64,000 nt of DNA. Origin: Deltaproteobacteria bacterium. Its GTDB lineage: Bacteria; Myxococcota; Kuafuiibacteriia; Kuafuiibacteriales; Kuafuiibacteriaceae. The notes beneath the pieces were generated by a model. The model was not told the origin of the DNA, made no database searches, and saw nothing but the letters and a program-made list of their open reading frames with translations. Of the stretch, positions 29,714 through 40,825 are shown piece by piece. The stretch's first letter is position 1. Each line of letters opens with the position of its first letter. The stretch lies in assembly GCA_040218735.1 (NCBI GenBank), contig JAVJQW010000012.1, positions 384,001-448,000 of the forward strand. Reading direction: 5' to 3'. The position numbers and the translations under genes are program-made.

Positions 29714-31111
29714 ATGCACGCATCGCGTCTGCTCGCGCTCCCCGTCCTCGCGACGCTCGTCACGTCCCCCGCCCTCGCCGCTCCACTGGTCGCCTCCGCC
29801 CCCGAGGACGGCCTGCGCATCGTCGTCCACCGTCAGGGCGGCGGCGCGAGCGGAACGATCCGCTACCAGGGCATCGACTACCCCTTCTCGGGGCGCATCC
29901 AGGAGCAGGGGGGTGCGTTCCGGCTCGACGGTGCGCTCATCGACGAGGGCGAGCGCATGCCTTTCTCCGCGTCGTGGCGCGACGGCCGGATGACGCTCGT
30001 CGCGGACGGTGAGCGCGCCGAGCTCCGCATCGAAGACGCCGGCGACTTCGCCGCGAAGGCGCGGCGCGCACCGCCGCCCGAGCGGCGCAAGAAGAAGAAG
30101 CGCACCAAGGCAGCGGCGCTCCCCAAGTCGCTGCGCCTGAAGCAGGTCGAGTTCCGCGACGTGAACATGGGCAACATGGTCGCCTACACGCAGCTCGTCC
30201 CGAAGGGCTGGAAGGCCGAGGGTCAGGTGCAGTGGTCCGGCGGGCCGGCGCCGCACCCGCAACGCAAGATCGAGATCAAGGCGCCCAACGGCGTGGAGGT
30301 CCAATACATCCCGGCGATGAAGTTCGAGTACATCGAGCTCAGCCCGCAGTTCGTCGCGCAGGCGCGGCAGTTCGGTCAGCAGCTCCCGCGCCTGCCGCAA
30401 CCCAACTTGCCGCCGCCGCAGGACATCGGCGCCTGGCTCGCCGACGTCTTGATGAAGGCGAGCCACGAGGTCACGAACGCGCGCGTCGTGCACTCGCGGC
30501 GCGACCACGACCGCGAGCAAGTCCTCTTGCAGATGCTCGGCCCCAACTCCGGCTGCACGAGCCATCAGATCCAGATCGCCTACGACAAAAACGGCGAGCC
30601 CTTCCTCACCGACGTCACGCTGATGCTCCAGGTGCTCCCGCTCTCCGCGTTCTCGGCGGGGCGCGCGGTGAACTGGGCGATCTACATCGACCACGCGGCC
30701 GCGTACCCCGAGGCGTTGTACGAGACGTTCCGGCCCGTCGCCCTCACGGTGATCGGCTCCCAGCGCTCGACGCCGCAGTGGTTCGCGGCGAAGACCCGGA
30801 CGCTGTCGCAGCTCTCACAACAGCGACACGCCAACGCGATGAAGCTGATCGAGCAGAACGGCCGGGCGCGCGCGCGCGCCACGGACCAACAGATGGCGTC
30901 GTGGCGGAAGCAGCAGTCCGCGAACGATCGGATGCACAAGAAGTTCGTGAATTCGATTCACGACACCTCCGACTACGCGCTGCCCGGCGGCGGGAGCGTG
31001 AACCTCCCGAGCGCCTACAACCACGTGTACCGAACCCGCGGCGGCGACTACCTCTTGAGCGAGACGCACCTGAACAGCGCAGGCCTCACCAAGCTGTCAC
31101 CGCAGCGCTGA
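29714..31111 (+). CDS. Secreted hypothetical protein
   Basis: Sec signal ending PALA-A; 465 aa with natural composition; no family recognised. Confidence 0.7.
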   Translation: MHASRLLALPVLATLVTSPALAAPLVASAPEDGLRIVVHRQGGGASGTIRYQGIDYPFSGRIQEQGGAFRLDGALIDEGERMPFSASWRDGRMTLVADGERAELRIEDAGDFAAKARRAPPPERRKKKKRTKAAALPKSLRLKQVEFRDVNMGNMVAYTQLVPKGWKAEGQVQWSGGPAPHPQRKIEIKAPNGVEVQYIPAMKFEYIELSPQFVAQARQFGQQLPRLPQPNLPPPQDIGAWLADVLMKASHEVTNARVVHSRRDHDREQVLLQMLGPNSGCTSHQIQIAYDKNGEPFLTDVTLMLQVLPLSAFSAGRAVNWAIYIDHAAAYPEALYETFRPVALTVIGSQRSTPQWFAAKTRTLSQLSQQRHANAMKLIEQNGRARARATDQQMASWRKQQSANDRMHKKFVNSIHDTSDYALPGGGSVNLPSAYNHVYRTRGGDYLLSETHLNSAGLTKLSPQR

Positions 31112-31155
31112 CACAACGCTTGCGCCGAACCCCGCGCCGCGCCAGCGTAGCCGGC

Positions 31156-31752
31156 GTGAAGCTGTACACCGCCGAGCGCTCCGGCCACGCCCACACCGTC
31201 CGCAACTTCCTCTCCATCCTCGGCCTCGCATGCGAGCACGTCGAGCTGTCGACCGCCGACCGCGAGACACGCAAAGAGCCCTTCCTCGCGATCAACCCGT
31301 TCGGTCAGATCCCCGCGCTCGACGACGACGGCTTCGTCGTCCGCGACTCCCACGCGATCCTCGTCTACCTCGCAAAGAAGTACGACGACGCGAACCGCTG
31401 GCTCCCCGAGGATCCCGAGGGCGCCGCGCGCGTCGCGGAGTGGCTCGCGACCTCCACGATCGACCTCGTCATCGGCGCCGCGTGGGCGCGTGCGATCACC
31501 CACTTCGGTCGCCCGTGGGATCTGGACGCCGCCCAGAAGAGAGCGGAGCGCCTGCTCGCGCTGATGGAGTCGCACCTCGAAGGCCGCACCTGGCTCGCCG
31601 CCGACCACGCGACGATCGCCGACATCTCCATGTACAGCTACACCGCGCGCGCCCCCGAGGGCGGCGTCGCGCTGGAGCCCTACGAAAACGTTCGCGCGTG
31701 GCTGGAGCGCGTGGAGGCGATCGAAGGCTTCACGCCGATGATCCACCTGTAG
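31156..31752 (+). CDS. Glutathione S-transferase
   Basis: INPFGQIPALDD, DSHAILVYLA and TIADISMY motifs. GTG start at 31156. Confidence 0.92.
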   Translation: MKLYTAERSGHAHTVRNFLSILGLACEHVELSTADRETRKEPFLAINPFGQIPALDDDGFVVRDSHAILVYLAKKYDDANRWLPEDPEGAARVAEWLATSTIDLVIGAAWARAITHFGRPWDLDAAQKRAERLLALMESHLEGRTWLAADHATIADISMYSYTARAPEGGVALEPYENVRAWLERVEAIEGFTPMIHL

Positions 31753-33250
31753 CGTTCGTCTCCCGGTCCAGCATCTCGACCGTGCGTCGGTACAGCTCCC
31801 TCGCCTGGTCGAGATCCTCGCCGATGAACGTGCCGCCGAGCTTGCCGTACTCGCTCAGGCACCCGAGCAGATGGAACACCGCGCCGGTCTCGTCGGCGCC
31901 GACGTGAAGCTGCTCGTTGACGAGCATGTCGATCAGGTCGAACGGCATCAGGCCTCGGTACTGCGGGCGCTCGAGGGTGTCGGTCGCGAAGTAACACCGC
32001 TCGCGGCCCTGCGCCGTGAGGAAGCGGCCCGTCTCGCGGTCGTAGCTCCCGTCCGTGAGGAACTTGAGCGTGTTGAACGGGTGCGTCGTCCCACCCTGCC
32101 GCAGGTTGATCTCGATCGCGTAGATCCGATCCTCCCCGCCGTCGCGCACGACGACGAAGTCCACACCGAAGCGACCGATCACCCCCTTGCGCGCGAGCAC
32201 CTCGCCGACCGCGACCGCGCGCTTCTGGATCGCGAGCCGGTAGTCGACGTGCGCCGGGAACGTCGCCCCCTGGTAGACCTGACCGTGTTTCCCGCCGAGC
32301 ACCTGGTCGTGCGTCGACACCGGCTGGACCTCGGACAGCGGACTGATTCGGACCTGCGCGCTCGGCGAGACCTTCCTCTCACCGTCGACCCACAGCTCGA
32401 CGATCCCGCCCATCGACTCGAACTGCTCCGCGTACGCCGGCCACGTGAGCCCGTTTGCCTCGTAGCGCATCTGCTCCAACGCACCGCGAACGGCGTCTGC
32501 GTCGGGCGCGAGACCTTCGAGGTCGAGCAGCGCGTTGCCCTCGCCCGAGAAGCCCTCCTCGAGCTTTACGACCGCGCGCCGCGCTTCGGGGTGCTCGTGT
32601 TTCAGGTCGATCACCGCCCGCACGAGGTCGTCGACCGAGCGGAGATCCTCGCGCCCCGGCGCGACCTCGACGTGCGCCGCCGCGAACGCGTGGCGAGAGC
32701 CGGACTTGCTGCCGAGATCGATCAACGACGGATCACACGCCACCATCGGGATCTGCAGCCCCACCGCGAGCGAACGCTCCAGCGGGCTCGCGTTGAACGG
32801 CGCGATGTGCGCCATCTCGGGATCGTCGACCGCCTCGCGGATCCGCTGCATCAGCCGCGGGCGCTCCAGGATCTTCTGCGTGAGCGGCACCGGGCGCGCG
32901 TCGTCGCAGTTCAGCAACACCAGGCGACGCCGCGCGTGCTCGGCCGGAACGCCGCGCATCTGGTGGAGGTAGTAGTCGACGATCAGCGGGTTGAGCGCCT
33001 TGGAGGTGACGTAGACGACCTTCATCCGCGGCCGGCGCAGCAACATCAGGTTGAAGAGCGAACGCTCCTCGTAGTGTTCGACGCCGGGGATCTTCTCGAG
33101 CTCCCGCGGGTTCATGCTCTGCGACGGGACGACGACGGCCGTGTAGGGCTGCGTGGGATCGGCGCGGAACCTCTTGAACCGAGGTGCGAGCAGCTTCTGG
33201 AGTCGGTCGAACTCCGCTGACTCGCGCGAGCTCGGGAGGTCATGCGTCAT
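31730..33250 (-). CDS. PGM1/BesA-related ATP-grasp peptide ligase
   Basis: VVVPS, HYEERSLF, LGSKSGSR, VVKLEEGFSGEGNA, SPSAQ, STHDQVLGG and IEINLRQGGTTHPF motifs. Confidence 0.85.
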   Translation of the reverse strand: MTHDLPSSRESAEFDRLQKLLAPRFKRFRADPTQPYTAVVVPSQSMNPRELEKIPGVEHYEERSLFNLMLLRRPRMKVVYVTSKALNPLIVDYYLHQMRGVPAEHARRRLVLLNCDDARPVPLTQKILERPRLMQRIREAVDDPEMAHIAPFNASPLERSLAVGLQIPMVACDPSLIDLGSKSGSRHAFAAAHVEVAPGREDLRSVDDLVRAVIDLKHEHPEARRAVVKLEEGFSGEGNALLDLEGLAPDADAVRGALEQMRYEANGLTWPAYAEQFESMGGIVELWVDGERKVSPSAQVRISPLSEVQPVSTHDQVLGGKHGQVYQGATFPAHVDYRLAIQKRAVAVGEVLARKGVIGRFGVDFVVVRDGGEDRIYAIEINLRQGGTTHPFNTLKFLTDGSYDRETGRFLTAQGRERCYFATDTLERPQYRGLMPFDLIDMLVNEQLHVGADETGAVFHLLGCLSEYGKLGGTFIGEDLDQARELYRRTVEMLDRETNATGGSSA

Positions 33251-34230
33251 GAGGCACTTTCGAGTGTACGAATATATTGGGCGCGTTCGAAGACCTCCGG
33301 GTGTTCGTTCCGCGCCTGGCAGAGCGCACCGCGCACCTCGTCCAGCCGATTGACGTCCTCGCCGGCCATCCACGCCTCCAGACCGCGCTGCAACGTCTTC
33401 ACGTAGTCCACACCGCGCTCCAGCAACACGCCGCACAGCATCACCACGTCGGCTCCGACGAGGATCGACTTGATCACGTCGTCCGAGCTGTGCACGCCGG
33501 TCGTGATCGCGAGGCTGGCGTCGATGCGATCCCGGAGGATCCCCGTCCACCGCAGCGGCAACCGCAGCTCGTGCGACCGCGAAAGCTCCAGCGCCGGACG
33601 CATCCGGCGGCGTGTGATGTCGATGTCCGGCTGGTAGAATCGATTGAATAGAACGACCCCGGAGGCCCCCGCCGAGACCAGGCGCTTCGCGAAGTTGCCG
33701 ACGTTGGAGAAGTACGGGCTCAGCTTCACCGCGACCGGGATGTCGATGCCGTCGGTGACGGACGCGATCGTGTCGATGTAGCGCTTCTCGACCTCGGCTC
33801 CGTCGAGATCGACGTCCGTGGTGACGAAGTACAGGTTCACCTCGACCGCCGACGCCCCCGCGTCCTCGAGCAGGCGCGCGTAGTTCGCCCACTCGGAGTG
33901 CGGCGCGCCGTTGATGCTCGCGACGATCGGAACGTTCACCGCCTCGCGCGCCGCCGTCACGTGGTTCAGGTAGTCGAGCGGGCTCTTCGACAGGCGTTTG
34001 CTCTCCGACTTCTCTACGAGCGCCTCCGCGTAGCTCTTGTCCGAGAGCAGACGCGTGAGCGCGTCACGCTCCAGCGTGAGCTGCTCCTCGAAGAGCGAGT
34101 ACAGAACCACCGCGCCCACGCCCGCGTCCGCGAGCGCACGCACGCCATCGATGGTCGACGACAACGGGCTCGCCGAAGCAACGAGCGGAGAAGACAGGTC
34201 CAGGCCGAGGTAGCGCGTCGTGAGGTTCAT
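33247..34230 (-). CDS. Dihydroorotate dehydrogenase-like flavoprotein
   Basis: MNLTTRYLGLDLSSPLVASASP, SLFEEQ, VAVKLSPYF, VLFNRFYQPDID and FERAQY; the subfamily usually found with pyruvate:ferredoxin oxidoreductase. Confidence 0.88.
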   Translation of the reverse strand: MNLTTRYLGLDLSSPLVASASPLSSTIDGVRALADAGVGAVVLYSLFEEQLTLERDALTRLLSDKSYAEALVEKSESKRLSKSPLDYLNHVTAAREAVNVPIVASINGAPHSEWANYARLLEDAGASAVEVNLYFVTTDVDLDGAEVEKRYIDTIASVTDGIDIPVAVKLSPYFSNVGNFAKRLVSAGASGVVLFNRFYQPDIDITRRRMRPALELSRSHELRLPLRWTGILRDRIDASLAITTGVHSSDDVIKSILVGADVVMLCGVLLERGVDYVKTLQRGLEAWMAGEDVNRLDEVRGALCQARNEHPEVFERAQYIRTLESAS

Positions 34231-34328
34231 ACCCCGATCCCGCAGCAACGCCCGTGCCCGAACCCGACAGCACACACCGCCACCGTCGCGTAGCGGATCG
34301 ACCACGCGGCGTTACCACTCGGTGTCGC

Positions 34329-36209
34329 TCAGCCGAGCGCAGCGAGGGCGCCGAACAACGCCCGCATCGAGGGCCAGCGCGCGTCCGGATCGGGCTCGAG
34401 GCACCGGCGCAGCACGTTGGCGAGCTCCGCGGACACCGGGGTCGTCGTCGGGAGCTCCGGAGGCGGCTCGGAGAACCGCGTGACGAGGTCCGCGACGGTC
34501 CCCTCGAACGCGGGCACGCCCACCAACATCTCGTAGAGCACGGTGCCGATGGCGTAGATGTCGGAGCGTGGATCGACCGCGCCGTCGGCTTGCTCGGGCG
34601 CCATGTAGCGGAGCGTCCCGACGGGCCCCGTGCCCTCGCTGACGTCGCCCTCGAGGCTGGTCGCAATGCCGAAGTCGGCGAGCCGAACGCCACCCTGCCC
34701 GTCGATCAGGATGTTCCCCGGTTTGACGTCGCGGTGAATGATCCCGGCGTCGTGAATCGCCGCGAGCGCAGACGCGACCTCGCGCGCGATCGGCACGGCG
34801 CGGGCCGGACCGAGCGGCCTTCCATTCAAAAGATCCGAGAGCGCGTGCCCGCGGCACAGCTCCATCGCCATGAAGATGACGCCCTGATCCACGCCGAAGT
34901 CGTAGACGGCGAGGCACCCGCGGTGGTGAACACGAGCCGCGAAGCGCGCCTCCTGGATGAAGGCCTCCGAGCGCGCCGCGTCCATCGCCAGCTCCGGCGC
35001 GAGCACCTTCACCGCGACCTCGCGATCGAGCACGACGTCACGACCGAGATACACCGAGGCCTGCGCACCCGAGCCGATCTCCGACCGTATCGCGAAGCGC
35101 TCGCGCAGCGTCGTCCCGACGAGCGTGCGCGTCGCGGTCATCGGCAGCAGAGTCTGCGCGAGTGTTTGGGTCTCGATCGGCACGACCTCGTCGTCGTGGT
35201 CGCCGAGCGCCTCCAGCATGGTCGTCGCCTCGCGATGTTCCGGGAGGATCTCGACGATCGTGTGGAGCGTGCCGCGCGCCTCCGCGACCTGCCCGGACTC
35301 GATCAACAGGCGCGCGTAGAGCTGCAGCGCGGGGAGGTCTGAGCGATCGAATCGGTGTCCGTCGAGCAGGCGCTTGAGCACACGGATCGCGCAGAGCCGA
35401 TCGTCGTCCTCCACCAGAGCACGCGCCATCATCACGCGCGCGCGCCGGTAGATCTTCTGCTCCGGCTCGATCTTCGCGAGCACCTGGATCGCGGAGCCGT
35501 ACGCTGCGCGATCCCCCGACCGTGCGCGGGCCAGGAAGACCTCCGCGGCGTCGAGCGCTTCGTACTCCTCGATCAGCTGGGCCGCCTGCTCCTCGCGGCC
35601 CGCGCGCTGAAGCACCTCGGCCGCGGCCCGCTTCTGATCGCCGATCTCCAAGATTCGGACGGCGCGATCGACCTCACCCTCGCGCTCGAAGCACTGCGCG
35701 GCCGCGCGACAGACACGCTCCGCCTCGACGCCGTCCAGCCCGTACTTCTTCCGGTTCTTGAGCGTCGCGACGTAACACTGCGCCGCGTGCAGGTTGTCGC
35801 CCGCGCGCTCGAACTGCATCGCCGCCTTCAGCTGCTCGTCGCAGCGGAGGTACTCGCGCGCAGCGTGAACGTTCGCGCCGACGCGTGCGTAGAGATCCGC
35901 GGCGGCGCGGTGATCCCCGGCGCGACGGTGGGCCTCGGCGCACTTGCCGAAGGCGCCCGCCCTGAACCAGATCTGCGCCGCGCGCGGCCAGTCCTTCTGA
36001 TCCTCCGCGATCACCGCCGCCTCGGCGTACATGCGCGCCGCGAGCAGGGTGTCCAAAGCGCGATCGATCTCCCCGACGCTCCGGAGGATCCCGGCCGCGT
36101 AGAGCACGTAGTTCTTGTGTTCGGCGTAGGCGCCCTTCTTCTTGGCGCGCTCCGCCGCAGCCAATACGTGCGCGAGCTCTTTGCTCTGCGCTTCGCGGTC
36201 GATCTGCAC
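34329..36209 (-). CDS. Ser/Thr protein kinase with N-terminal TPR-like helical repeats
   Basis: [26 protein letters not shown] and GTLRYMAPE; repeated AAxxY/FxRAG helices. Start inferred; the ORF-track extension is antisense to gor. Confidence 0.88.
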   Translation of the reverse strand: MQIDREAQSKELAHVLAAAERAKKKGAYAEHKNYVLYAAGILRSVGEIDRALDTLLAARMYAEAAVIAEDQKDWPRAAQIWFRAGAFGKCAEAHRRAGDHRAAADLYARVGANVHAAREYLRCDEQLKAAMQFERAGDNLHAAQCYVATLKNRKKYGLDGVEAERVCRAAAQCFEREGEVDRAVRILEIGDQKRAAAEVLQRAGREEQAAQLIEEYEALDAAEVFLARARSGDRAAYGSAIQVLAKIEPEQKIYRRARVMMARALVEDDDRLCAIRVLKRLLDGHRFDRSDLPALQLYARLLIESGQVAEARGTLHTIVEILPEHREATTMLEALGDHDDEVVPIETQTLAQTLLPMTATRTLVGTTLRERFAIRSEIGSGAQASVYLGRDVVLDREVAVKVLAPELAMDAARSEAFIQEARFAARVHHRGCLAVYDFGVDQGVIFMAMELCRGHALSDLLNGRPLGPARAVPIAREVASALAAIHDAGIIHRDVKPGNILIDGQGGVRLADFGIATSLEGDVSEGTGPVGTLRYMAPEQADGAVDPRSDIYAIGTVLYEMLVGVPAFEGTVADLVTRFSEPPPELPTTTPVSAELANVLRRCLEPDPDARWPSMRALFGALAALG

Positions 36210-36335
36210 CACCGTCCGGACGTCTCCGGGTTCTTCGATCGGCGGACGCCACCCGGGCCTGAAGCCGAGCGCCGGTGTGTGGCACGAAATGGAACAGGTG
36301 TGCGGGGCTGCACCGCGTGCTACCGGTCTCGGCCC

Positions 36336-37685
36336 ATGCAGCGTTTCGACTACCTGGTCCTCGGCGGCGGCAGCGGCGGGCTCGCCTCGTCTCGGCGCGC
36401 CGCCAAACACGGCGCCAAGGTCGCCGTCGTCGAGTCGGGCCGCCTCGGCGGGACCTGTGTCAACGTAGGTTGCGTCCCCAAGAAGGTCATGTGGAATGCC
36501 GCGTCTATCGCCGAGGCGCTCCACTTCGCGCCGGACTACGGGTTCGACGTCGACACGAAGTCGTTCGACTGGGGCAAGGTGAAGGCGGGGCGCGACGCCT
36601 ACGTCGCCCGCCTCAACGGCATCTACGAGCGGAACCTCTCCGTCGACGACATCCACCTCGTCCGCGGGCACGCCCAGTTCGTCGACGCCCACACCGTCGA
36701 GGTCGACGGCGAACGCTTCCAGGCCGACCACATCCTGGTCGCGACCGGCGGGCGCCCGTCGATCCCGAACGTCCCCGGTGCACGCGAGCACGGCATCACC
36801 TCCGACGGCTTCTTCGAGCTGGAGTCGATGCCCGAGCACGTCGCCATCGCCGGCGCGGGTTACATCGCGGTGGAGCTCGCGGGGGTGTTCAACACGCTCG
36901 GTGCCAACGTGACGCTGATGGTGCGCAAGGACCAGCCGCTCCGCACGTTCGACGACTGCCTGCGAACGACGCTCACGGAGTCGATGCTCCAGCACGGCAT
37001 CAACATCGAGACACACACGGACCTGACGGCGGTCGAACGCATGGACGACGGGCGCCTCGCGCTCACCACCCACGACGGCCGCAAACTCGAAGGTTACGAC
37101 CAGCTCGTGTGGGCGACCGGCCGCGATCCCAACACCGATCGCATCGGCGTCGAACACACCGGGCTCGACCTCGACGCACGCGGACACATCCAGGTCGACG
37201 CGTTCCAGAACACCAACGTCGAAGGCATCTACGCGCTCGGTGACGTCGCCGGAAAGTGGCTCCTGACCCCGGTCGCGATCGCCGCCGGGCGGAAGCTCGC
37301 GGACCGAATCTTCGGCAACGTCCCGAACGCACGCCTCGACTACCTCGACATCCCCACCGTCGTGTTCAGCCACCCGCCGATCGGTACCGTCGGCCTCACC
37401 GAGGACGAAGCCCACGAAGAGTTTGGCTCGTCCGTGAAGTGTTACACGACGCGCTTCACGAACATGTTCTACGCGCTGTCCGAGGAGAAGGTCCCGACCG
37501 TTATGAAACTCGTGACCGTCGGCGCCAACGAGAAGGTCGTCGGCATCCACGTGATCGGGCTCGGCGCCGACGAGATGATCCAAGGCTTCGCCGTCGCGCT
37601 CCGCATGGGCGCGACGAAGGCGGACCTCGACCGCACCGTCGCCATCCACCCGACCGCCGCCGAAGAGCTCGTCACGATGCGGTGA
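36336..37685 (+). CDS. gor: Glutathione-disulfide reductase
   Basis: [38 protein letters not shown] and [14 protein letters not shown] motifs. Confidence 0.95.
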   Translation: MQRFDYLVLGGGSGGLASSRRAAKHGAKVAVVESGRLGGTCVNVGCVPKKVMWNAASIAEALHFAPDYGFDVDTKSFDWGKVKAGRDAYVARLNGIYERNLSVDDIHLVRGHAQFVDAHTVEVDGERFQADHILVATGGRPSIPNVPGAREHGITSDGFFELESMPEHVAIAGAGYIAVELAGVFNTLGANVTLMVRKDQPLRTFDDCLRTTLTESMLQHGINIETHTDLTAVERMDDGRLALTTHDGRKLEGYDQLVWATGRDPNTDRIGVEHTGLDLDARGHIQVDAFQNTNVEGIYALGDVAGKWLLTPVAIAAGRKLADRIFGNVPNARLDYLDIPTVVFSHPPIGTVGLTEDEAHEEFGSSVKCYTTRFTNMFYALSEEKVPTVMKLVTVGANEKVVGIHVIGLGADEMIQGFAVALRMGATKADLDRTVAIHPTAAEELVTMR

Positions 37686-38211
37686 GCATCTCGACGAGCT
37701 TGGCCACCGTGGCGCCGTTGCGCGCGGTGGTCTTCACGCCGAGCGCACGTTCGACGAGCCCCGCGAGCTTCGAGCGTCCGATGCCGTCCGGCGCGTGCAA
37801 ATAGAAGACGTCCCCGTCGATGACGTAGCGCTCGTTCGGCTTCTTCGCCGCGTCGAGCTTCGCGACGTCCGCGGCCTTCGGCGCCGCCTCGCAGAAGTAC
37901 AGGTGCAGCGACTTGGGCGCGTCCATCGCCTCGGGGAACGGGTTCGCCTCGACCGTCGCCAGGAAACGCTCACCCGACACGACCATCACCTGCGGCGCGA
38001 ACCCGTGCTCACCTTCGATCGCCGACGTGATGCGCTCCCCGATCTTCGAGGCCCCGCGCTTCGGCGCGCTGAACACGACGTTCCCGGATTGGATGTACGT
38101 CTCGACGTCCTCGAGCCCAAGCGCCTCCAGCAGCGACCTGAGCGACGCCATCGGGAGTTTGTTCTTCCCGCCGACGTTGATGCCCCGCAGCAGCGCGACG
38201 TGTCTGGGCAT
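37672..38211 (-). CDS. DUF1697 family protein
   Basis: [23 protein letters not shown] and TARN motifs. Confidence 0.9.
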   Translation of the reverse strand: MPRHVALLRGINVGGKNKLPMASLRSLLEALGLEDVETYIQSGNVVFSAPKRGASKIGERITSAIEGEHGFAPQVMVVSGERFLATVEANPFPEAMDAPKSLHLYFCEAAPKAADVAKLDAAKKPNERYVIDGDVFYLHAPDGIGRSKLAGLVERALGVKTTARNGATVAKLVEMLTAS

Positions 38212-40052
38212 CAGCGTCGACCGTGCCGCTTCATCATCCGGTACAGCGTGCTGCGCGCGACGCCGAGCCGGCGGGCGGCGTCACTCATGTTCCCACCGCT
38301 GGCCGCGAGCGCGCGATCGAGCGCCTCGGCCTCGCTGTCCTTCAGGGAGGCCGACGTCGGCGCAGACCGTGGCCGGAGCGTGAGCGTCGGGAAGTGGCGG
38401 AGGCGGATCCGTTCGGCGTCGAGCGCGTAGGCGTGGGCGAGCGCGGAGCGCAGCTCGCGCACGTTGCCGGGCCATTCGTGGCTCCTGAGGTAGGTGAGCG
38501 CATCTTCGTCGACCGGGACGATGCGTCCGTCGCTCAGCTCGGCGAGCAAGGCGCGCGCGAGCATGACGAGGTCCGTGCGCTCGCGCAGCGGCGGCAGCTC
38601 CACGTTCGCGCCGCGGATGCGGAAGAAGAGGTCCTGACGGAACGCCCCCGAAGCCACGAGCGCGACGAGGTCCTCGCACGTCGCCGTGATCAACCGGAAG
38701 TCGGCCCGGCGCGGCTCGATCTCTCCGACGCGGTGGAACCAGCCGTCCTCGAGCACGCGCAGCAACACCGCTTGCAGGCGCGGCGGCATCTCCGCCACCT
38801 CGTCGAGGAACAGCGTCCCGCCGGTCGCCGCCTCCAACTTGCCGACGGCGCCGTCGGGTCGCGCGCCGGTGAACGCGCCGGGGCCGTACCCGAACAGCTC
38901 GCTCTCGAGCAGCGACTCGGAGAGCGCGCCGCAGTTGAGCGCGACGTACGGTCCGTCGCGTCGGCCGCTCGCGTCGTGTACCGCGCGTGCGAGGAGGTCC
39001 TTGCCGGTGCCGGTCTCGGCCTGGAGGAGCACCGGGAGCTCGGTCTTCGCAAAGCGGGCGGCGCGCTGCTTGGCGTCTTCGAAGCGGCGGTCGTCGCCGA
39101 CGAGGCGCGCGAAGGGGTCGGGCGCCGCGCGCGGCTTCACGATGCCCGAAGCGCCGACGAAGACGAGCGAGGCGAGCACGGTACCGTCCGCGGCGTAGAC
39201 CGGCTCGAGCGTCAGGCGTGCGTCGGGGAGCTCGACCGTCGAGCGTGCGCCGCGAACCGCGCGCCAGACGTCGGTCAGCGTCGCGCGGACGTCGGGCAAC
39301 GTGGAGAGCCAGCGGCGCCCCATCGGGTTGGCCATCCGAACGCGTGCGCCGTGTTCGATGACAAATGCCGCTTGGAGCACGTGTTGAAGCGCGCGCGAGA
39401 TGGTCTCGACGCTGCCGCTCTCGTCGAAGGCCCGCGCGCGGAGGCGCTCGCCGACGGCGCGGGCGAGCGTCGAGACGGCGACTTGGACGAATTCGGCGGG
39501 CGCGCTCGAGAACGAGGTCGCATCGACGACACCGACCACGCGTCCGTCGGGCGTGAGGATCGGGCTCGCGTAACAGGAGAGGCGGTGATTGCGGCGCTCC
39601 CAGTGGGCGAACCCTTCGACGACGACCGGGGCGCCCTCCGCCACTGCGGTGCCGATGGCGTTGGTGCCGCGGACGGCCTCGTTCCAAGCGGCGCCTTGGA
39701 TCAGGCAGCTCTGCTGCGCGGTGGGTTCGAAGTCGCCGCCGCTGAAACCATCGACGACGACGCCGTCCGCGTCGGCGAGCAGCAGGGTGAAGTGGCGATC
39801 TGCGAACTCGGCGGCGCTGTCCGCGAGGAGCGGGTAAGCGACATCCAGGACCGGCGCCATGCGCTCGCGGCACTCGGCGATGCGCTGCGCACCGAGGATC
39901 ACGGGCTCGGTGTTCTCGGCGGGTCGGACGCCGAGCGCACGCACGCGAGCCCAGCGCTCCAACACCGGATCCTGAGATCGGTGGGTGCGCTGCTCGACGA
40001 ACTGCTGCCAGAGCGTCGAGTCGGCCTGACTGAGGTGCAGCCCCGAAGTCAC
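38211..40052 (-). CDS. Sigma54-dependent activator, GAF-AAA+-Fis HTH (AcoR-like)
   Basis: [14 protein letters not shown] (GAF), [28 protein letters not shown] and C-terminal [13 protein letters not shown]. Confidence 0.93.
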   Translation of the reverse strand: MTSGLHLSQADSTLWQQFVEQRTHRSQDPVLERWARVRALGVRPAENTEPVILGAQRIAECRERMAPVLDVAYPLLADSAAEFADRHFTLLLADADGVVVDGFSGGDFEPTAQQSCLIQGAAWNEAVRGTNAIGTAVAEGAPVVVEGFAHWERRNHRLSCYASPILTPDGRVVGVVDATSFSSAPAEFVQVAVSTLARAVGERLRARAFDESGSVETISRALQHVLQAAFVIEHGARVRMANPMGRRWLSTLPDVRATLTDVWRAVRGARSTVELPDARLTLEPVYAADGTVLASLVFVGASGIVKPRAAPDPFARLVGDDRRFEDAKQRAARFAKTELPVLLQAETGTGKDLLARAVHDASGRRDGPYVALNCGALSESLLESELFGYGPGAFTGARPDGAVGKLEAATGGTLFLDEVAEMPPRLQAVLLRVLEDGWFHRVGEIEPRRADFRLITATCEDLVALVASGAFRQDLFFRIRGANVELPPLRERTDLVMLARALLAELSDGRIVPVDEDALTYLRSHEWPGNVRELRSALAHAYALDAERIRLRHFPTLTLRPRSAPTSASLKDSEAEALDRALAASGGNMSDAARRLGVARSTLYRMMKRHGRR

Positions 40053-40085
40053 GGGGCATTCACCTTACAGAGTCGACCCGACGTT

Positions 40086-40119
40086 GAAAATAAGCCCGGC
40101 CCCCATTTCGGGGGCCGGG
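40086..40119 (-). terminator. Perfect 10-bp GC hairpin with U-rich tail on the minus strand
   Basis: CCCGGCCCCC-ATTTC-GGGGGCCGGG at 40095-40119, followed by CTTATTTTC on the minus strand. Confidence 0.4.
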
Positions 40120-40363
40120 TCGGGTGCGCAGCCGAGCCCGCGGGGGGACAAAGGCAGGGCTTGGTCGACTGCGCGAGATGATCGTCTGCAGCCACTGCGC
40201 CAAGCTGAGGTGCTGGCCGTGTCTCACGAGGTGTCGCGATCGATCGGAGCGGTTCGCGACGAAGTGGAGCGAAACGCAACACACGATGAAGTGGGCGACG
40301 CAGCGCAGCACTTGCACGCGCGCGACAGCGACTTGCCGTTGCCTGCAAGCCGAACGGGACAGT

Positions 40364-40380
40364 TGGCACGCTACTTTGGG
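40364..40380 (+). promoter_or_regulatory. Possible sigma54 promoter (good -24, imperfect -12)
   Basis: TGGCACG-CTAC-TTTGG versus consensus TGGCACG-N4-TTGC; divergent from a sigma54 activator. Confidence 0.35.
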
Positions 40381-40405
40381 TCTTCCGATCCAGCGGGGGG
40401 TACGC

Positions 40406-40747
40406 GTGGTGTTCGAAGTCCAGGGGCGAAGGTTCACGATCACGTTCGAGGACGGAGGCGTGCGCTGCACTCCGCACGACCCGGCGGACGCCGTGCTCTG
40501 CGACGTCGTGACGCTCGGCTGGCAGCTCGGACCGGAGCGTTTGATGGACGCCGTCCGAGCGGGCCGCGGCCTGGGGTTCATCGACGTCGCGGGCTTCACG
40601 TACTTCCACGAAGCCGCCGCCGAGTTCCCCGAAGGCGCGAGCCCCAGCTCGGTGATGGTCGACTTCTACGAGCGCTCGCAGGTGTTGGATCGGACGGAAT
40701 TCGAAGCCTTCGTGGGCGCCTTCGCGGTGCGGGCGACGCGGACCTAG
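40406..40747 (+). CDS. Small hypothetical protein
   Basis: The 3' part of the ORF has natural composition (VVFEVQGRRFTITFEDG...). Start inferred. Confidence 0.55.
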   Translation: MVFEVQGRRFTITFEDGGVRCTPHDPADAVLCDVVTLGWQLGPERLMDAVRAGRGLGFIDVAGFTYFHEAAAEFPEGASPSSVMVDFYERSQVLDRTEFEAFVGAFAVRATRT

Positions 40748-40825
40748 AGGCCCGTTCACGCAGCTCCGCTGCGCGGACCTGCTGGGCACACCCGTCGGGC
40801 AGACCGCTCCGCGGTCGGCCTCCGT

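Noticed and set aside
36213-37649. Apparent 1106-aa kinase with a long N-terminal extension, and 776-aa gor ORF
   Set aside because: Each extension is the antisense of the other divergent gene; real starts are near 36209 and 36336.
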